Origin: Aliiroseovarius sp.
GTDB lineage: Bacteria > Pseudomonadota > Alphaproteobacteria > Rhodobacterales > Rhodobacteraceae
DNA: 64,000 nt
Direction of reading: 5' to 3'
NCBI RefSeq assembly: GCF_030148435.1
Contig: NZ_JASBTN010000003.1
Coordinates: 12,794 to 76,793, forward strand
This document shows, in pieces, positions 40,487 to 56,109 of this stretch. How positions within the stretch are numbered: the first letter of the stretch is position 1; each line of letters begins with the position of its first letter. The translations under genes and the position numbers were made by a program. The notes under the pieces were generated by a model. That model had not been told where the DNA came from. It saw only the letters and a program-made list of their open reading frames with translations, and did not search any database.

Positions 40487-41437
40487 CTAAGCCGAACAGC
40501 TCGCCCCGCCCAGCACGCAGAATTTCGCGCAATGCGGATGGTTCAGGGCCACCGGGCCTTCGGCCTCTTCCAGGGTTTCGCCCAGCTCGAATTCATCCTC
40601 ATAGGGCAGGAGCGTACAGGCCAGCACCGCCGGTCGCGCCGCGCCCTTGCGTTTCACCACCATGCGCGAGCTTGCACACATGACGCTGTCGGGCGACTTG
40701 CCAAGGATGTCCCAGCAGGCGGTGGTGATCTCGGGCACCGATACCATGTCATCCATTTCCGGAAAAATCACTGTCATGGCAGGGTCTTGTGCATCGATCT
40801 TGAAGTCGTGACGAGCGAAGAATTCGGCATACTTCGCCCGCGCTTCCGCCTCGTCCTCGCTCCAGAGCGCACGCCCCGCCACCGCCATGCGAAACCCGTT
40901 GTCACGCAGCCAGATCATGCCCTCCAGTGTCTTTGCGTAGGACCCCTTGCCGCGAATCTCGTCATGTCTGGCCGCGTTCCAATGATCCAGCGAGACCCGC
41001 AGGGTCAGCCGGTCGCCATAGGCGTCGCGCAGGGACAAGAGCCCTTCGCGCACCGATTTGCGTTGCATCGGTCGCATCGCATTCGTCAGGACCAAGGCCT
41101 TGTAATTACGCGATAAACTGACGCGCAACATGGCAATGATCTCGGGATTCATGAAGGGTTCACCACCGGTAAACCCGATTTCGGAAACCCCCCATTTGCG
41201 GGTGTCCAACTGGTCGAGATAGGCTTCGACCTCGCCCGCCGTGATATAGACCAGCCGATCGTTTGACGGCGAACTTTCGATGTAGCAGTTCACGCAGGTG
41301 ATGTTGCACAGCGTACCCGTATTGAACCAGAGCGTCTGTGGGTTGCTTAGCTCCACGCTGGCGCGTTTCGACCCGTCGGCGGTCAGTTTCGGGTCAATGA
41401 ATTTGCCGGCATTCGGGTTGGCGATACGCTGGTCCAT
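40487..41437 (-). CDS. radical SAM protein with Cys-rich C-terminus
   Basis: CNITCVNC (a CxxxCxxC cluster) lies near the N-terminus. The C-terminal HPHCAKFCVLGGASCSA resembles the DUF3641/ArsS-type tail. Strong SD AGGAGGA. Confidence 0.8.
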   Translation of the reverse strand: MDQRIANPNAGKFIDPKLTADGSKRASVELSNPQTLWFNTGTLCNITCVNCYIESSPSNDRLVYITAGEVEAYLDQLDTRKWGVSEIGFTGGEPFMNPEIIAMLRVSLSRNYKALVLTNAMRPMQRKSVREGLLSLRDAYGDRLTLRVSLDHWNAARHDEIRGKGSYAKTLEGMIWLRDNGFRMAVAGRALWSEDEAEARAKYAEFFARHDFKIDAQDPAMTVIFPEMDDMVSVPEITTACWDILGKSPDSVMCASSRMVVKRKGAARPAVLACTLLPYEDEFELGETLEEAEGPVALNHPHCAKFCVLGGASCSA

Positions 41438-41570
41438 CGGTCCTCCTGTTCGTGACGACCAGACCTAACCGAGTGTTTTCCCATCGAAAACCCCCAACCC
41501 GCAGTTTGACGCGGTTGTGAAGTTTCGCGAGGGTGCTAGACTTTGTTTTCATACTCGGCTAGAAGGGCTG

Positions 41571-41584
41571 CGTTAGCGCTAACG
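41571..41584. promoter_or_regulatory. 14-bp perfect palindrome (LacI-type operator candidate) over the zwf SD region
   Basis: CGTTAGCGCTAACG has a central CG. It ends 13 nt before the zwf ATG, abutting the GGGAG SD. Confidence 0.45.
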
Positions 41585-41597
41585 GGAGCTGTAACAC

Positions 41598-43052
41598 ATG
41601 GTTGCGCGCGTCATTCCGGTCGATCCTTTCGACCTCGTCATCTTCGGCGGCACCGGCGATCTGGCCCGGCGCAAGATCCTGCCTGGCCTGTACCGCAGGT
41701 TCTGGGCCGGCCAGATGCCTGAAGAGGCCCGCATCATCGGTGCGGCCCGCAGCGAGATGGACGACCAGGGGTTTCGCGATTTCGTCGCCAGCGCCGTGCG
41801 CGAATTTGTATCGGAGCGCAAATGCGACCCCGCCGTGCTGGCCGATTTCCTCGAACGACTGTCCTATGTGACCATCGACGCCCTTGGCACCGACGGATGG
41901 GAAGAACTGAAAACCAAGATGCGCAAGAATATGGTCCAGGCCTTCTATTTTTCGGTCGGCCCCAGCCTGTTTGGCCCGATTGCCGAGAGGTTGCACACCC
42001 ATGAATGCGCCGGTGCCGAAGCGCGGATCGTCGTCGAAAAACCCTTCGGTCACGACCTGGACACGGCGCGCGTATTGAACAACACTCTCGCGCAACACTT
42101 TGACGAAACACAGATTTATCGCATCGACCATTACCTGGGCAAGGAAACCGTTCAAAACCTGATGGCGGTGCGTTTCGGCAACATGCTGTTCGAACCATTG
42201 TGGAACGCTCAGTATGTCGACCACATCCAGATCACCGTCGCCGAAAGCGTCGGGGTCGAGGGGCGGGGCGACTATTACGACAAGTCCGGCGCGATGCGGG
42301 ACATGGTGCAGAACCACCTGATGCAGCTTCTCTGTCTGACCGCGATGGAGCCGCCGTCGAAATTCGACCCTGACGCTGTCCGCGACGAGAAACTCAAGGT
42401 GATCCGGGCGCTGGATCCGGTTGACCCGGAGGACATCGTGCGCGGCCAGTACTTGTCGGGGGCTGACACGGAGGCCTACGTGGACGAGGCGGAGAACCCC
42501 GACAGCCGCACCGAAAGCTTCATCGCCATGCGTGTGCATATCGCCAACTGGCGCTGGAATGGCACGCCCTTCTATCTTCGCACCGGAAAGCGTTTGAAAA
42601 CACGGGTTTCCGAGATCGTCGTGCGGTTCAAGGAGCCCCCCCATTCGATCTTCGAGGACGATACCGGGCAGAGCGCCAACGAACTGTCCATCCGTCTTCA
42701 GCCGAATGAGGGCATGGATCTGCGGGTCACGATCAAGGAGCCAGGACCGGGCGGCATGCGCCTGATCGACGTGCCGCTGGACATGACATTCGCCGAGGCC
42801 CTGGGCGAGGAGGTCGCCGATGTGCCAGACGCCTATGAACGGCTGATCATGGACGTCATTCGCGGCAATCAGACCCTGTTCATGCGCGGCGACGAGGTCG
42901 AGGCCGCCTGGGCCTGGACCGACCCGATCATCGAAGGCTGGCAGACCCGTGGTGACAAGCCGCACCCCTATGAACCCGGCTCGACGGGTCCGGAGGATGC
43001 GCTTATCCTGCTGCATCGTGACGGACGGCGCTGGAGGGAGCTACGGCAATGA
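41598..43052 (+). CDS. zwf: glucose-6-phosphate dehydrogenase
   Basis: FGGTGDLARRK, RIDHYLGKE and EKPFG motifs. Confidence 0.95.
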   Translation: MVARVIPVDPFDLVIFGGTGDLARRKILPGLYRRFWAGQMPEEARIIGAARSEMDDQGFRDFVASAVREFVSERKCDPAVLADFLERLSYVTIDALGTDGWEELKTKMRKNMVQAFYFSVGPSLFGPIAERLHTHECAGAEARIVVEKPFGHDLDTARVLNNTLAQHFDETQIYRIDHYLGKETVQNLMAVRFGNMLFEPLWNAQYVDHIQITVAESVGVEGRGDYYDKSGAMRDMVQNHLMQLLCLTAMEPPSKFDPDAVRDEKLKVIRALDPVDPEDIVRGQYLSGADTEAYVDEAENPDSRTESFIAMRVHIANWRWNGTPFYLRTGKRLKTRVSEIVVRFKEPPHSIFEDDTGQSANELSIRLQPNEGMDLRVTIKEPGPGGMRLIDVPLDMTFAEALGEEVADVPDAYERLIMDVIRGNQTLFMRGDEVEAAWAWTDPIIEGWQTRGDKPHPYEPGSTGPEDALILLHRDGRRWRELRQ

Positions 43053-43720
43053 TTTTCAAGGAATATCCGGATCGGGATCTGCTGATTCTCGACCTTGTGG
43101 ACCGGCTGGCGAGCGAATTGACCATGGGGCTGCAGCACCAGGAACGTGTCTCGCTTGCGGTGCCCGGCGGCACCACGCCGGGGCCGGTTTTTGACGGGCT
43201 GTCTGCCGTCAAGCTGGATTGGGACCGGGTAGATGTGCTTCTGACCGATGAACGCTGGGTGCCCGAAACCTCTGAGCGGTCGAATACCCGGCTGCTGCGT
43301 GACCGGTTGCTGACGGGCCGGGCGGCGGCGGCCAATCTGGTGCCGCTCTATGCCGAAACCGGTACGCCGGAGGGCGGGCTCGACAAGCTGACCGCCGGAA
43401 TAAAGGCGGTGACGCCCCTGACCGTGGTGCTTCTGGGCATGGGGGAGGACATGCACACGGCCTCCATTTTCCCGGGCGCGGACCTCTTGGAGGACGCGCT
43501 GTCGCCCGAGGCGCCGCCGCTGTTGCCAATGCGCGCGCCCGGCGCGCCGGAGCCGCGCATGACCCTGACCGCGCCGGTGCTGAACGGGGCGCTGTCGAAA
43601 CATCTGCTGATCTTTGGCACCGAAAAGCGCGCGGCGCTGGAACGGGCCGCGAAACTGAAACCGCACAAGGCGCCCATTGCCGCCGTCCTGTCCGACATGG
43701 ACGTGCATTGGGCTGAATAG
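43049..43720 (+). CDS. pgl: 6-phosphogluconolactonase
   Basis: LAVPGGTTP...LLTDERWV...[19 protein letters not shown] overlap with zwf. Confidence 0.9.
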   Translation: MIFKEYPDRDLLILDLVDRLASELTMGLQHQERVSLAVPGGTTPGPVFDGLSAVKLDWDRVDVLLTDERWVPETSERSNTRLLRDRLLTGRAAAANLVPLYAETGTPEGGLDKLTAGIKAVTPLTVVLLGMGEDMHTASIFPGADLLEDALSPEAPPLLPMRAPGAPEPRMTLTAPVLNGALSKHLLIFGTEKRAALERAAKLKPHKAPIAAVLSDMDVHWAE

Positions 43721-43728
43721 GAGGCCGC

Positions 43729-45318
43729 ATGGCTGCAGCGATCTGGGACCGGTTGAAATACCATCAGACGGAGGTGGCGGATCGCGCCATCCCGGACCTG
43801 TTCGATGACAAGCGGGCCGGCGCGTTTTCGACCCGCGCCTGCGGCATGCTGTTTGACTGGTCCAAGACGAATATCGACGCCAAGGCCCTGGAAATGCTCC
43901 TGGAACTCGCGGAGGCCAGCGGCGTCACCGCCAAGCGATCGGCCATGTTCGCGGGCGAAAAGATCAACGAGACCGAAGGCCGCGCGGTGCTGCACACCGC
44001 CCTGCGCGCGCCCGGTCCCGATCCGGTTCTTGTCGATGGTCAGGACGTGTTGCCCGGCGTGCATGAAACGCTGAACCGGATGGAGAGCTTTGCCCGCCAG
44101 ATCCGCGCGGAAGCCCGGTTCACCGACGTGGTCAATATCGGCATCGGCGGCTCGGATCTGGGTCCGGCCATGGCCTGCCTGGCGCTTGCGCCCTATCACG
44201 ACGGGCCGCGTTGCCATTTCGTCTCGAATGTGGACGGGGCGCATATCCATGACACCCTGGCGGGGCTTGACCCGGCCACGACTCTGGTGATCGTCGCGTC
44301 CAAGACCTTTACAACGATCGAAACCATGACAAATGCCACCACCGCCCGCGACTGGCTGGCGGGCAGCGTGGACAGGCCCGGCGACCATTTCGTGGCGCTG
44401 TCGTCGAACGCGGAAAAGACCTCGGATTGGGGCATCCCGCCGGAGCGGGTGTTCGGCTTCGAGGATTGGGTCGGCGGGCGCTATTCGCTCTGGGGGCCGA
44501 TCGGGCTCTCGATCATGCTGGCCGTGGGGCCGGAAAACTTCCGGGCTTTCCTGGCTGGCGCGCATGAGATGGACCGCCATTTCCGCACGGCAGAGGGGGC
44601 GGCGAACCTACCCGTGATGCTGGCGCTGGTGGGGCTCTGGCACCACCAGGTCTGCGGCTACCCGACCCGCGCGGTGCTGCCCTATGACCAGCGCCTGTCG
44701 CGGCTGGCCGCCTATTTCCAGCAGCTCGAGATGGAGAGCAACGGCAAACGCGTGGCGATGGATGGCCGCGACCTTGCGCTGCCGTCGGGGCCGGTGGTCT
44801 GGGGCGAACCGGGCACGAATGGCCAGCATGCCTTCTACCAGTTGATCCACCAGGGCACCTCGGTGGTGCCCTGCGAGTTCATGGTGGCCGCCAGGGGGCA
44901 CGAACCGGATCTGGCCCACCAGCACCGGCTGCTCCTGTCCAACTGCCTGGCCCAGTCCGAAGCTCTGATGAAGGGGCGCGGTCTGGACCAGGCCCGCGCA
45001 CTGATGGCGGCGAAAGGGCTCACCGGCGCCGAGCTCGACCGCCAGGCGCGCCACCGGGTCTTTCCGGGCAACCGGCCGTCCACCACGCTGATCTATGAAC
45101 GGCTCGACCCGGCCACCCTGGGCCGGATCATCGCGCTCTATGAGCACCGGGTTTTCGTCGAAGGCGCGATCCTGGGGCTGAATTCCTATGATCAATGGGG
45201 CGTGGAACTGGGCAAGGAGCTTGCCCTGGCCCTGGAACCCATCGTGGCAGGCAAGGAACCTGCGGACGGCAAGGACGGTTCGACCGCACAGCTGGTCCGG
45301 TTTGTCCGGAACGTCTAA
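43729..45318 (+). CDS. pgi: glucose-6-phosphate isomerase
   Basis: [17 protein letters not shown] and GVELGK-type motifs. SD is GGAGG. Confidence 0.95.
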   Translation: MAAAIWDRLKYHQTEVADRAIPDLFDDKRAGAFSTRACGMLFDWSKTNIDAKALEMLLELAEASGVTAKRSAMFAGEKINETEGRAVLHTALRAPGPDPVLVDGQDVLPGVHETLNRMESFARQIRAEARFTDVVNIGIGGSDLGPAMACLALAPYHDGPRCHFVSNVDGAHIHDTLAGLDPATTLVIVASKTFTTIETMTNATTARDWLAGSVDRPGDHFVALSSNAEKTSDWGIPPERVFGFEDWVGGRYSLWGPIGLSIMLAVGPENFRAFLAGAHEMDRHFRTAEGAANLPVMLALVGLWHHQVCGYPTRAVLPYDQRLSRLAAYFQQLEMESNGKRVAMDGRDLALPSGPVVWGEPGTNGQHAFYQLIHQGTSVVPCEFMVAARGHEPDLAHQHRLLLSNCLAQSEALMKGRGLDQARALMAAKGLTGAELDRQARHRVFPGNRPSTTLIYERLDPATLGRIIALYEHRVFVEGAILGLNSYDQWGVELGKELALALEPIVAGKEPADGKDGSTAQLVRFVRNV

Positions 45319-45428
45319 CCTTTTCATCTTTCAGAAAATATCCCGGGGGTCTGGGGGTGAAACCCCCAGCTCCGAAGCCCGGACCCAAGCGGCGCAGCCG
45401 CGCAAGGGGACGGGGCGACCCTCCTCAA
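45319..45428 (+). repeat. intergenic mosaic repeat, copy 4
   Basis: Its head CCTTTTCATCTTTCAGAAAATATCC is shared with copy 2. It has an internal hairpin CTGGGGGT-gaa-ACCCCCAG. Its tail ..GCGGCGCAGCCGCGC..GGGGCGACCCTCC is related to the GCGCAGCGG..GCGCCCGACCCTCC module. Confidence 0.5.
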
Positions 45429-45429
45429 A

Positions 45430-50581
<5,152 letters not shown>

Positions 50582-50699
50582 GGGGCGGTTCGATGAACCC
50601 CGGCCATCCGCCTTTCAGTGCTGTTCGGAACACTCGGAAAAAAACTCGTCGGCCCCGCCATACACCAGCGCCCCTCGCGCGTGCCACTGGATTAAACAC

Positions 50700-51920
50700 C
50701 TAGTCCAGCGGCACATCCGGCCCGGCAAGCTTCATCCCCAGCCAGGCCAGCAGCGACAGCACCGCCGCGCCACCGATCATCGGCAGCGGCGTGCCGTTAA
50801 AGGCCAGGCCGATCGGAACCGCCAGAACCACCGCCAGCATGGTCGAAACCGCGCCGATCAGCGCCGATCCGGTGCCCGCCACATGGCCCAGGGGCTCCAT
50901 CGCGAGCGCATTGAGATTGCCGAAGTTGAACCCGTTCATCATGAACACGGAACAGCTCCAGGCGAAATAGACCCAGATGGCCCAGGCATCGGGCACCAGC
51001 CCGGCCCACCAGACCAGGAACAGGATCGAGGCCAGAACCGCCTGCAGCGCATAGGTGATCGACACCAGCCGCGACATGCCCATGCGCATGACCAGCCGCG
51101 CGTTCAGCAGCGACGCGGGCGAGGCGATCACGGTCATCGCGGCAAAGAAAAGCGGGAAGTCCTCGCCCGCGCCCAATGCGTCGACGAAGATTGGCTGAGC
51201 GGTCGAGATATAGGCCATGAGAAGCCCGAACCCCAGGGTCAGAACGCCGATGTGGATCACCACCCGGCGGATCGAAAAGACCTCGTGCACGCCCCGGGCA
51301 AAGCGGGCGACGGTAAAGGGTTTCCGGGCCTCGGAAGACAGGGTTTCGGGCTGGCGCGACAGAAACCAGCAGCCCATGACCACGCCGACCACCATGTAGA
51401 CGGTAAACATCGAGCGCCAGTCCCAGGCGTTGATCACCAGTTGGCCGACATAGGGCGCGACGGCGGGCACCATGACGAAGACCATGAAGGTGAAGGAACT
51501 GACCCGCGCCATCATGCGGCCCGAATAGAGGTCGCGGGTAATCGCCACGCCGACCGTGCGCGGGGCAGAACCGCCGAACCCCTGCGCAAAGCGCCACAGC
51601 AGAAGCGCGGTCAGGCTGTCGGCTCCAAGCGCCGCCCAACCGGCGAGCACATATATCGCCATTCCCACCAGCACCACCGGGCGCCGCCCGAAACTGTCCG
51701 AGGCCGGGCCCATGAACAGCTGGCCAGCCCCCATGCCCAGCACGAAGGCACCCACGACAAGCTGCGCGCGGTTCAGGTCATGCGGGCTGAGTTCGGCGCC
51801 GATCCGCGGCAGCGCCGGCAGCATCGAATCGATGGAAAAGGCGAGGATCGCGAACATCATCGCCATCAGCGCTATGAACTCGATCAGGCCGAGCGGTTTG
51901 ACGGGGGCGGGGAAACGCAT
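50700..51920 (-). CDS. MFS transporter, Bcr/CflA drug-resistance subfamily
   Basis: 12 TM segments and the motif GPASDSFGRRPVVL. Start set to the ATG at 51920. Confidence 0.85.
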   Translation of the reverse strand: MRFPAPVKPLGLIEFIALMAMMFAILAFSIDSMLPALPRIGAELSPHDLNRAQLVVGAFVLGMGAGQLFMGPASDSFGRRPVVLVGMAIYVLAGWAALGADSLTALLLWRFAQGFGGSAPRTVGVAITRDLYSGRMMARVSSFTFMVFVMVPAVAPYVGQLVINAWDWRSMFTVYMVVGVVMGCWFLSRQPETLSSEARKPFTVARFARGVHEVFSIRRVVIHIGVLTLGFGLLMAYISTAQPIFVDALGAGEDFPLFFAAMTVIASPASLLNARLVMRMGMSRLVSITYALQAVLASILFLVWWAGLVPDAWAIWVYFAWSCSVFMMNGFNFGNLNALAMEPLGHVAGTGSALIGAVSTMLAVVLAVPIGLAFNGTPLPMIGGAAVLSLLAWLGMKLAGPDVPLD

Positions 51921-51984
51921 CAAAAGGGCCTTCGTTTGCCATGGGGAACAGGTGCCCAAAGGGTGAGCAAACCCGGCGTGTTGA

Positions 51985-52641
51985 TCACGCGCCTTCGTCG
52001 GGTTGCGCCTTGATCTGCGCGGTGATGTCGTCGATCACCCGGGTCCAGAGTTCGGTCGGCTGCGCGCCCGGGACCACGTGCTGGTTGGCGATGACGAAAG
52101 TCGGCACGGATGTCACCCCCTTGTGGCGCGCGTCGGCGTCGCGGGCCCGAATATCGTCAGCATCCGCATCGCTGTCCAGGAGCCGGGCGACCAGGTCGGC
52201 GTCCATGCCGATGGCGCCCGCGATCTCGGTCAGGGTGGCGCGATCACCGATATCGAGACCCTCGTTGAAATAGGCCCTGAAAAGCCTGGACACGGCGGCG
52301 GTCTGGCGTCCCTCGATCCCGGCCCAGTGGATCAGCCGGTGGGCATCCAGCGTGTTGGGCGTACGTTTGATCGCTTCAAAATCGATCTCGAGCCCCGAAG
52401 CCGCGGCCTCTTCCACCACCGGCATATAGGCGCGCACCGCCCCGTCCTTGCCGCCGAACTTGGTTTCCAGGTAATCGCGACGGTCCATGCCACCAGCAGG
52501 CATTTCCGGGTTCAGCTGGAACGGGTGCCACTGGATTGTCAGCGGGTGTTGCGGTCGGGCCTCCAGCGCCCGGTCCAACCGCGTCTTTCCGATGTAGCAC
52601 CAGGGGCAGATCGGATCGGAAAAAATATGCAGAGGGATCAT
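51985..52641 (-). CDS. DsbA family oxidoreductase (FrnE/HCCA isomerase-like)
   Basis: FSDPICPWCYIGK (a CPWC thioredoxin-fold motif). Start set to the ATG at 52641. Confidence 0.85.
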   Translation of the reverse strand: MIPLHIFSDPICPWCYIGKTRLDRALEARPQHPLTIQWHPFQLNPEMPAGGMDRRDYLETKFGGKDGAVRAYMPVVEEAAASGLEIDFEAIKRTPNTLDAHRLIHWAGIEGRQTAAVSRLFRAYFNEGLDIGDRATLTEIAGAIGMDADLVARLLDSDADADDIRARDADARHKGVTSVPTFVIANQHVVPGAQPTELWTRVIDDITAQIKAQPDEGA

Positions 52642-52746
52642 GGCAAGGCTCCTTTGGACTTGTCCTAGCGGGGAATTGCGGGCGGGGAAAGGGGCGTGCC
52701 GTGCATGCCCGCGCAAGTGGCTGTGCGCCTGCGCGGCATTTCCGGC

Positions 52747-54270
52747 TCAGCCCTTGCGCCCCTTCTCGAACTCCGCCCGCAGTTCCCGCCGCAGGATCTT
52801 GTTGTTGGCGCCACGTGGCAGCGCCCCGACCGGCACGAAGAGGCGCGGGCATTTGTAATGCGCCAGTTGGGCGTGGGCGTGAGTGGTGAGGCTCCCTTCA
52901 TCCACCGGCGCGTCCTCGGGCACGTAGAAACAGGCGATCACGCTTGCATCGGCCTTGACCGAGACCTCGGCGCAGGCGGCTTCATGCACGCCGGGATGGG
53001 CGGTCATGGCGGCCTCGACCTCGATTGGCGAAACGCGGAACCCGCCTGCATTCATCATGTCGTCGCCACGCCCCAGGTAGGTGATCACGCCATCGGCCGC
53101 CATGGAAACGGTGTCGCCGGTCAGGAACCACTCGCCGTTGAACTTGGCGGCGGTCTCCTCGGCTGCGCCGTGATAGCCCAGCATCAACCCGGGATCACGG
53201 CTGGAAATGGCCAGGGTGCCGGGCTGATCAAAGCCGACGGGTGCATCCTCGCCGATCACCGCGACGCGGCGTCCGACCTGCGGATAGCCCAGCGTGCCCG
53301 CAGGGGCCGGATGGTCCGGCCCGCCCGAGACAAAGGTGGAGCATTCCGACATGCCATAGGCTTCGTGAATCGGGGTTCCGGTGGCCTTTTCCCAGTTTGT
53401 TCGCGTCGTTGCGGGGAGCTTCTCCCCGGCCGACAACCCGTGGCGCAGGGCTGGAAAGGCGGGCAGCTCTGCCTTCATCATCTGGCGATAGACGCCGGGT
53501 GCCGCTGCGAAGATCGTTGCGCCGTGATCCGAGATCAACCACGGCAGCGCGCTGGCGGGCGTGCCCGGCGCGGGGATCAGGGCGGTGGCGCCGACGCTCC
53601 AGGGATCCATCAACCCGGTGCCCAGCGTATATGTCCAGTTGAAGGCCCCCGCATGCATCAGCCGATCGTCGGCAGAAATCCCGTACCAGCCCTGGTGCAT
53701 CATCCGCCGCGCCCAGATCGCCCGGTGCGCATGTGTCACGGCCCGGGCAATCCCGGAGGTGCCGGAGGTAAAGATCACATAGGCCGGGCGGTTCGGGTCG
53801 CCCATGTCGAAGGGTGCGGGGGCGTGGTCGGCAAGGGCGTGCAGATCGGCACTCGACAGGGTTTCGCAGGGCAGGGGATCGGGCAGGGCGATGCCCTCGC
53901 CGGCGATGATCAGGTCCGGGTCCAGTACCGCCGCCATCCTGGTGATCTCTGGCGCGGTCAGCTGGGACGATGTCGGCACCGGCACCAGCCCCGCCGCAAT
54001 GCATCCCAGAAAGGCGAGCGGGAAGTCGACATTGTTGCCCAGCCGCATCAGGACATGGGCACCCGGGGTCAGGCCACGTGCCAGCAGCCCGCCCGATATG
54101 CCGCGCACGGCCCGGTCGAGCTGGGCGTAGGTCCAGTGGTCATTCCCCTGTCCGAGGATCGACAGCGCCCGCTTGTCGCCCATGTCTCGCGCATGGGTCA
54201 GCACATGGGCGGCCATGTTGAAATCGGCGGGCGGGGGGGCGAAGGGACCCTGATCGAAAATTGCTTGCAT
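52747..54270 (-). CDS. AMP-dependent acyl-CoA synthetase/ligase
   Basis: AMP-binding motif IFTSGTSGIARAV, plus YGMSE and GDxxxxDxDG (TGDTVSMAADG) motifs. Start set to the ATG at 54270. Confidence 0.85.
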   Translation of the reverse strand: MQAIFDQGPFAPPPADFNMAAHVLTHARDMGDKRALSILGQGNDHWTYAQLDRAVRGISGGLLARGLTPGAHVLMRLGNNVDFPLAFLGCIAAGLVPVPTSSQLTAPEITRMAAVLDPDLIIAGEGIALPDPLPCETLSSADLHALADHAPAPFDMGDPNRPAYVIFTSGTSGIARAVTHAHRAIWARRMMHQGWYGISADDRLMHAGAFNWTYTLGTGLMDPWSVGATALIPAPGTPASALPWLISDHGATIFAAAPGVYRQMMKAELPAFPALRHGLSAGEKLPATTRTNWEKATGTPIHEAYGMSECSTFVSGGPDHPAPAGTLGYPQVGRRVAVIGEDAPVGFDQPGTLAISSRDPGLMLGYHGAAEETAAKFNGEWFLTGDTVSMAADGVITYLGRGDDMMNAGGFRVSPIEVEAAMTAHPGVHEAACAEVSVKADASVIACFYVPEDAPVDEGSLTTHAHAQLAHYKCPRLFVPVGALPRGANNKILRRELRAEFEKGRKG

Positions 54271-54336
54271 GCCCGCTTTGTGCCCCCGTCCCCATGTGGT
54301 TGCAATAGGGGGACATGCGCCAGTATACCCGTTCTC

Positions 54337-54963
54337 ATGGAAAAACCGCATGAACCCAGTCTGATCCGCCTGGCCCGCGAAAGCGGCGAAGAGGCGGGTG
54401 ATCCGCAGCCCCTGAACCTGGGGGAGCGGGTGCGTGAGCTGCGTAAATCGCGTGGCTGGACCCTGGAGCAGGCGGCAAACCAGGCGGGGCTTGCCCGCTC
54501 GACCCTGTCAAAGATCGAAAACGGCCAGATGTCGCCCACCTACGAGGCGCTGAAGAAGCTGGCGGTCGGGCTCGAGATCTCGGTGCCGCAGCTTTTCACC
54601 GCGCCGAAGGCGGCACAGGTGTCAGGCCGGATGGCCGTGACCAAATCGGGCGAGGGCTCGGCCCACGCGACCGTGACCTACGAGCACGAAATGCTGGCAG
54701 GCGCCCTGACCAAGAAGGCGATGCTGCCCTACCGCGCCCGGGTGCGCGCACGCAGTTTCGACGAGTTCGACGGTTGGGTGCGCCATGACGGCGAGGAATT
54801 CCTCTATGTTCTGACCGGGGCGATCCGGCTGATCACGGAATTCTACGAACCGGTCGAAATGCGTCGTGGCGACAGCGCCTATTACGATGCCTCGATGGGG
54901 CACAATGTGGTGTCGATCAGCGAAGAGGACGCAACGATCCTCTGGGTAACGTCCCTGACCTGA
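54337..54963 (+). CDS. XRE family transcriptional regulator with C-terminal cupin domain
   Basis: This is the real 208-aa C-terminal part of artefactual track ORF 52696..54963. It has the HTH LGERVRELRKSRGWTLEQAANQAGLARSTLSKIENG and a cupin domain (HDGEEFLYVLTG). Confidence 0.85.
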   Translation: MEKPHEPSLIRLARESGEEAGDPQPLNLGERVRELRKSRGWTLEQAANQAGLARSTLSKIENGQMSPTYEALKKLAVGLEISVPQLFTAPKAAQVSGRMAVTKSGEGSAHATVTYEHEMLAGALTKKAMLPYRARVRARSFDEFDGWVRHDGEEFLYVLTGAIRLITEFYEPVEMRRGDSAYYDASMGHNVVSISEEDATILWVTSLT

Positions 54964-54990
54964 GTTGACCTGAGCTGACCCGGCGGCGCC

Positions 54991-56037
54991 CTACCTGTTG
55001 ATCGGTGCAGGCTCTCCGGGTGGTTCCTGTTTCGGGAACCAATGCCGGGTGCGGTTGGCAAAGGCGACAAGCGACAGCATCACCGGCACCTCGACCAACA
55101 CGCCCACAACCGTGGCCAGGGCCGCCCCGGAGTTCAGCCCGAACAGAGAGATCGCCACGGCCACCGCCAGTTCGAAGAAGTTCGACGTGCCGATCATGCT
55201 GGCCGGCGCCGCCACGTCATGGGAAAGGCGCATGGCCTTGGCCGCGCCATAGGCAATGGCGAAGATACCGTAGCTCTGGATCAGCAGCGGCACGGCGATC
55301 ATCACGATGGCCAGGGGCTGGGCCAGGATTGTCTGCGCCTGGAAGCCGAACAGCAGAACGACGGTGGCCAGCAGCCCCACCACGGACCAGGGTTTTACCC
55401 GGGCCAGGAAGTCACTCACGTGGCCGGCGTCCCCCAGCGCGCTGCGTGTCAGAATACCGGCCGCCAGCGGCAGCACCACATAGAGCACGACCGAGAGCAG
55501 CAGCGTCTGCCAGGGCACGGCCACATTGCTGACGCCCAACAGGAAGGCGGCAATGGGCGCGAAGGCGAAGACCATGATCACATCGTTCACGCTGACCTGC
55601 ACCAGCGTGTAATTCGCGTCGCCCTTTGTCAGTTGGCTCCAGACGAAGACCATGGCGGTACAGGGCGCGACACCCAGCAGGATCATCCCGGCAATGTATT
55701 CGCCCGCCGTGTCCGGGTCGACGAAAGGGGCAAAGATCACCCGGAAGAACAGCCAGCCCAGCGCGGCCATGGTAAAGGGCTTGATCAGCCAGTTCACCAC
55801 CAGGGTCAGCACCAGCCCGCGCGGCCGGCGGCCGATGTCCCGGATCGAGGCAAAGTCGATCTGCACCATCATCGGGTAGATCATCACCCAGATCAGAACC
55901 GCGACCACCAGGTTCACCCGAGCCAGTTCCAGCGCGGCAACGGCGGCGAAAAGACCCGGCGCAAGGTTGCCCAGCACTACGCCCGCAAGGATCGCAAGCC
56001 CGACCCAGAGTGACAGAAACCGTTCGAAAATGCCCAT
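54991..56037 (-). CDS. acr3: ACR3 family arsenite efflux transporter
   Basis: [12 protein letters not shown]...[14 protein letters not shown] carries the conserved ACR3 Cys loop, with 10 TM helices. Confidence 0.9.
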   Translation of the reverse strand: MGIFERFLSLWVGLAILAGVVLGNLAPGLFAAVAALELARVNLVVAVLIWVMIYPMMVQIDFASIRDIGRRPRGLVLTLVVNWLIKPFTMAALGWLFFRVIFAPFVDPDTAGEYIAGMILLGVAPCTAMVFVWSQLTKGDANYTLVQVSVNDVIMVFAFAPIAAFLLGVSNVAVPWQTLLLSVVLYVVLPLAAGILTRSALGDAGHVSDFLARVKPWSVVGLLATVVLLFGFQAQTILAQPLAIVMIAVPLLIQSYGIFAIAYGAAKAMRLSHDVAAPASMIGTSNFFELAVAVAISLFGLNSGAALATVVGVLVEVPVMLSLVAFANRTRHWFPKQEPPGEPAPINR

Positions 56038-56109
56038 GATGCACCCCTTTCACCCCGCCGTTTACGCAGTCCGGCGGGGCGGGGCAATGGTCATGTTGCT
56101 GCTACGAAA

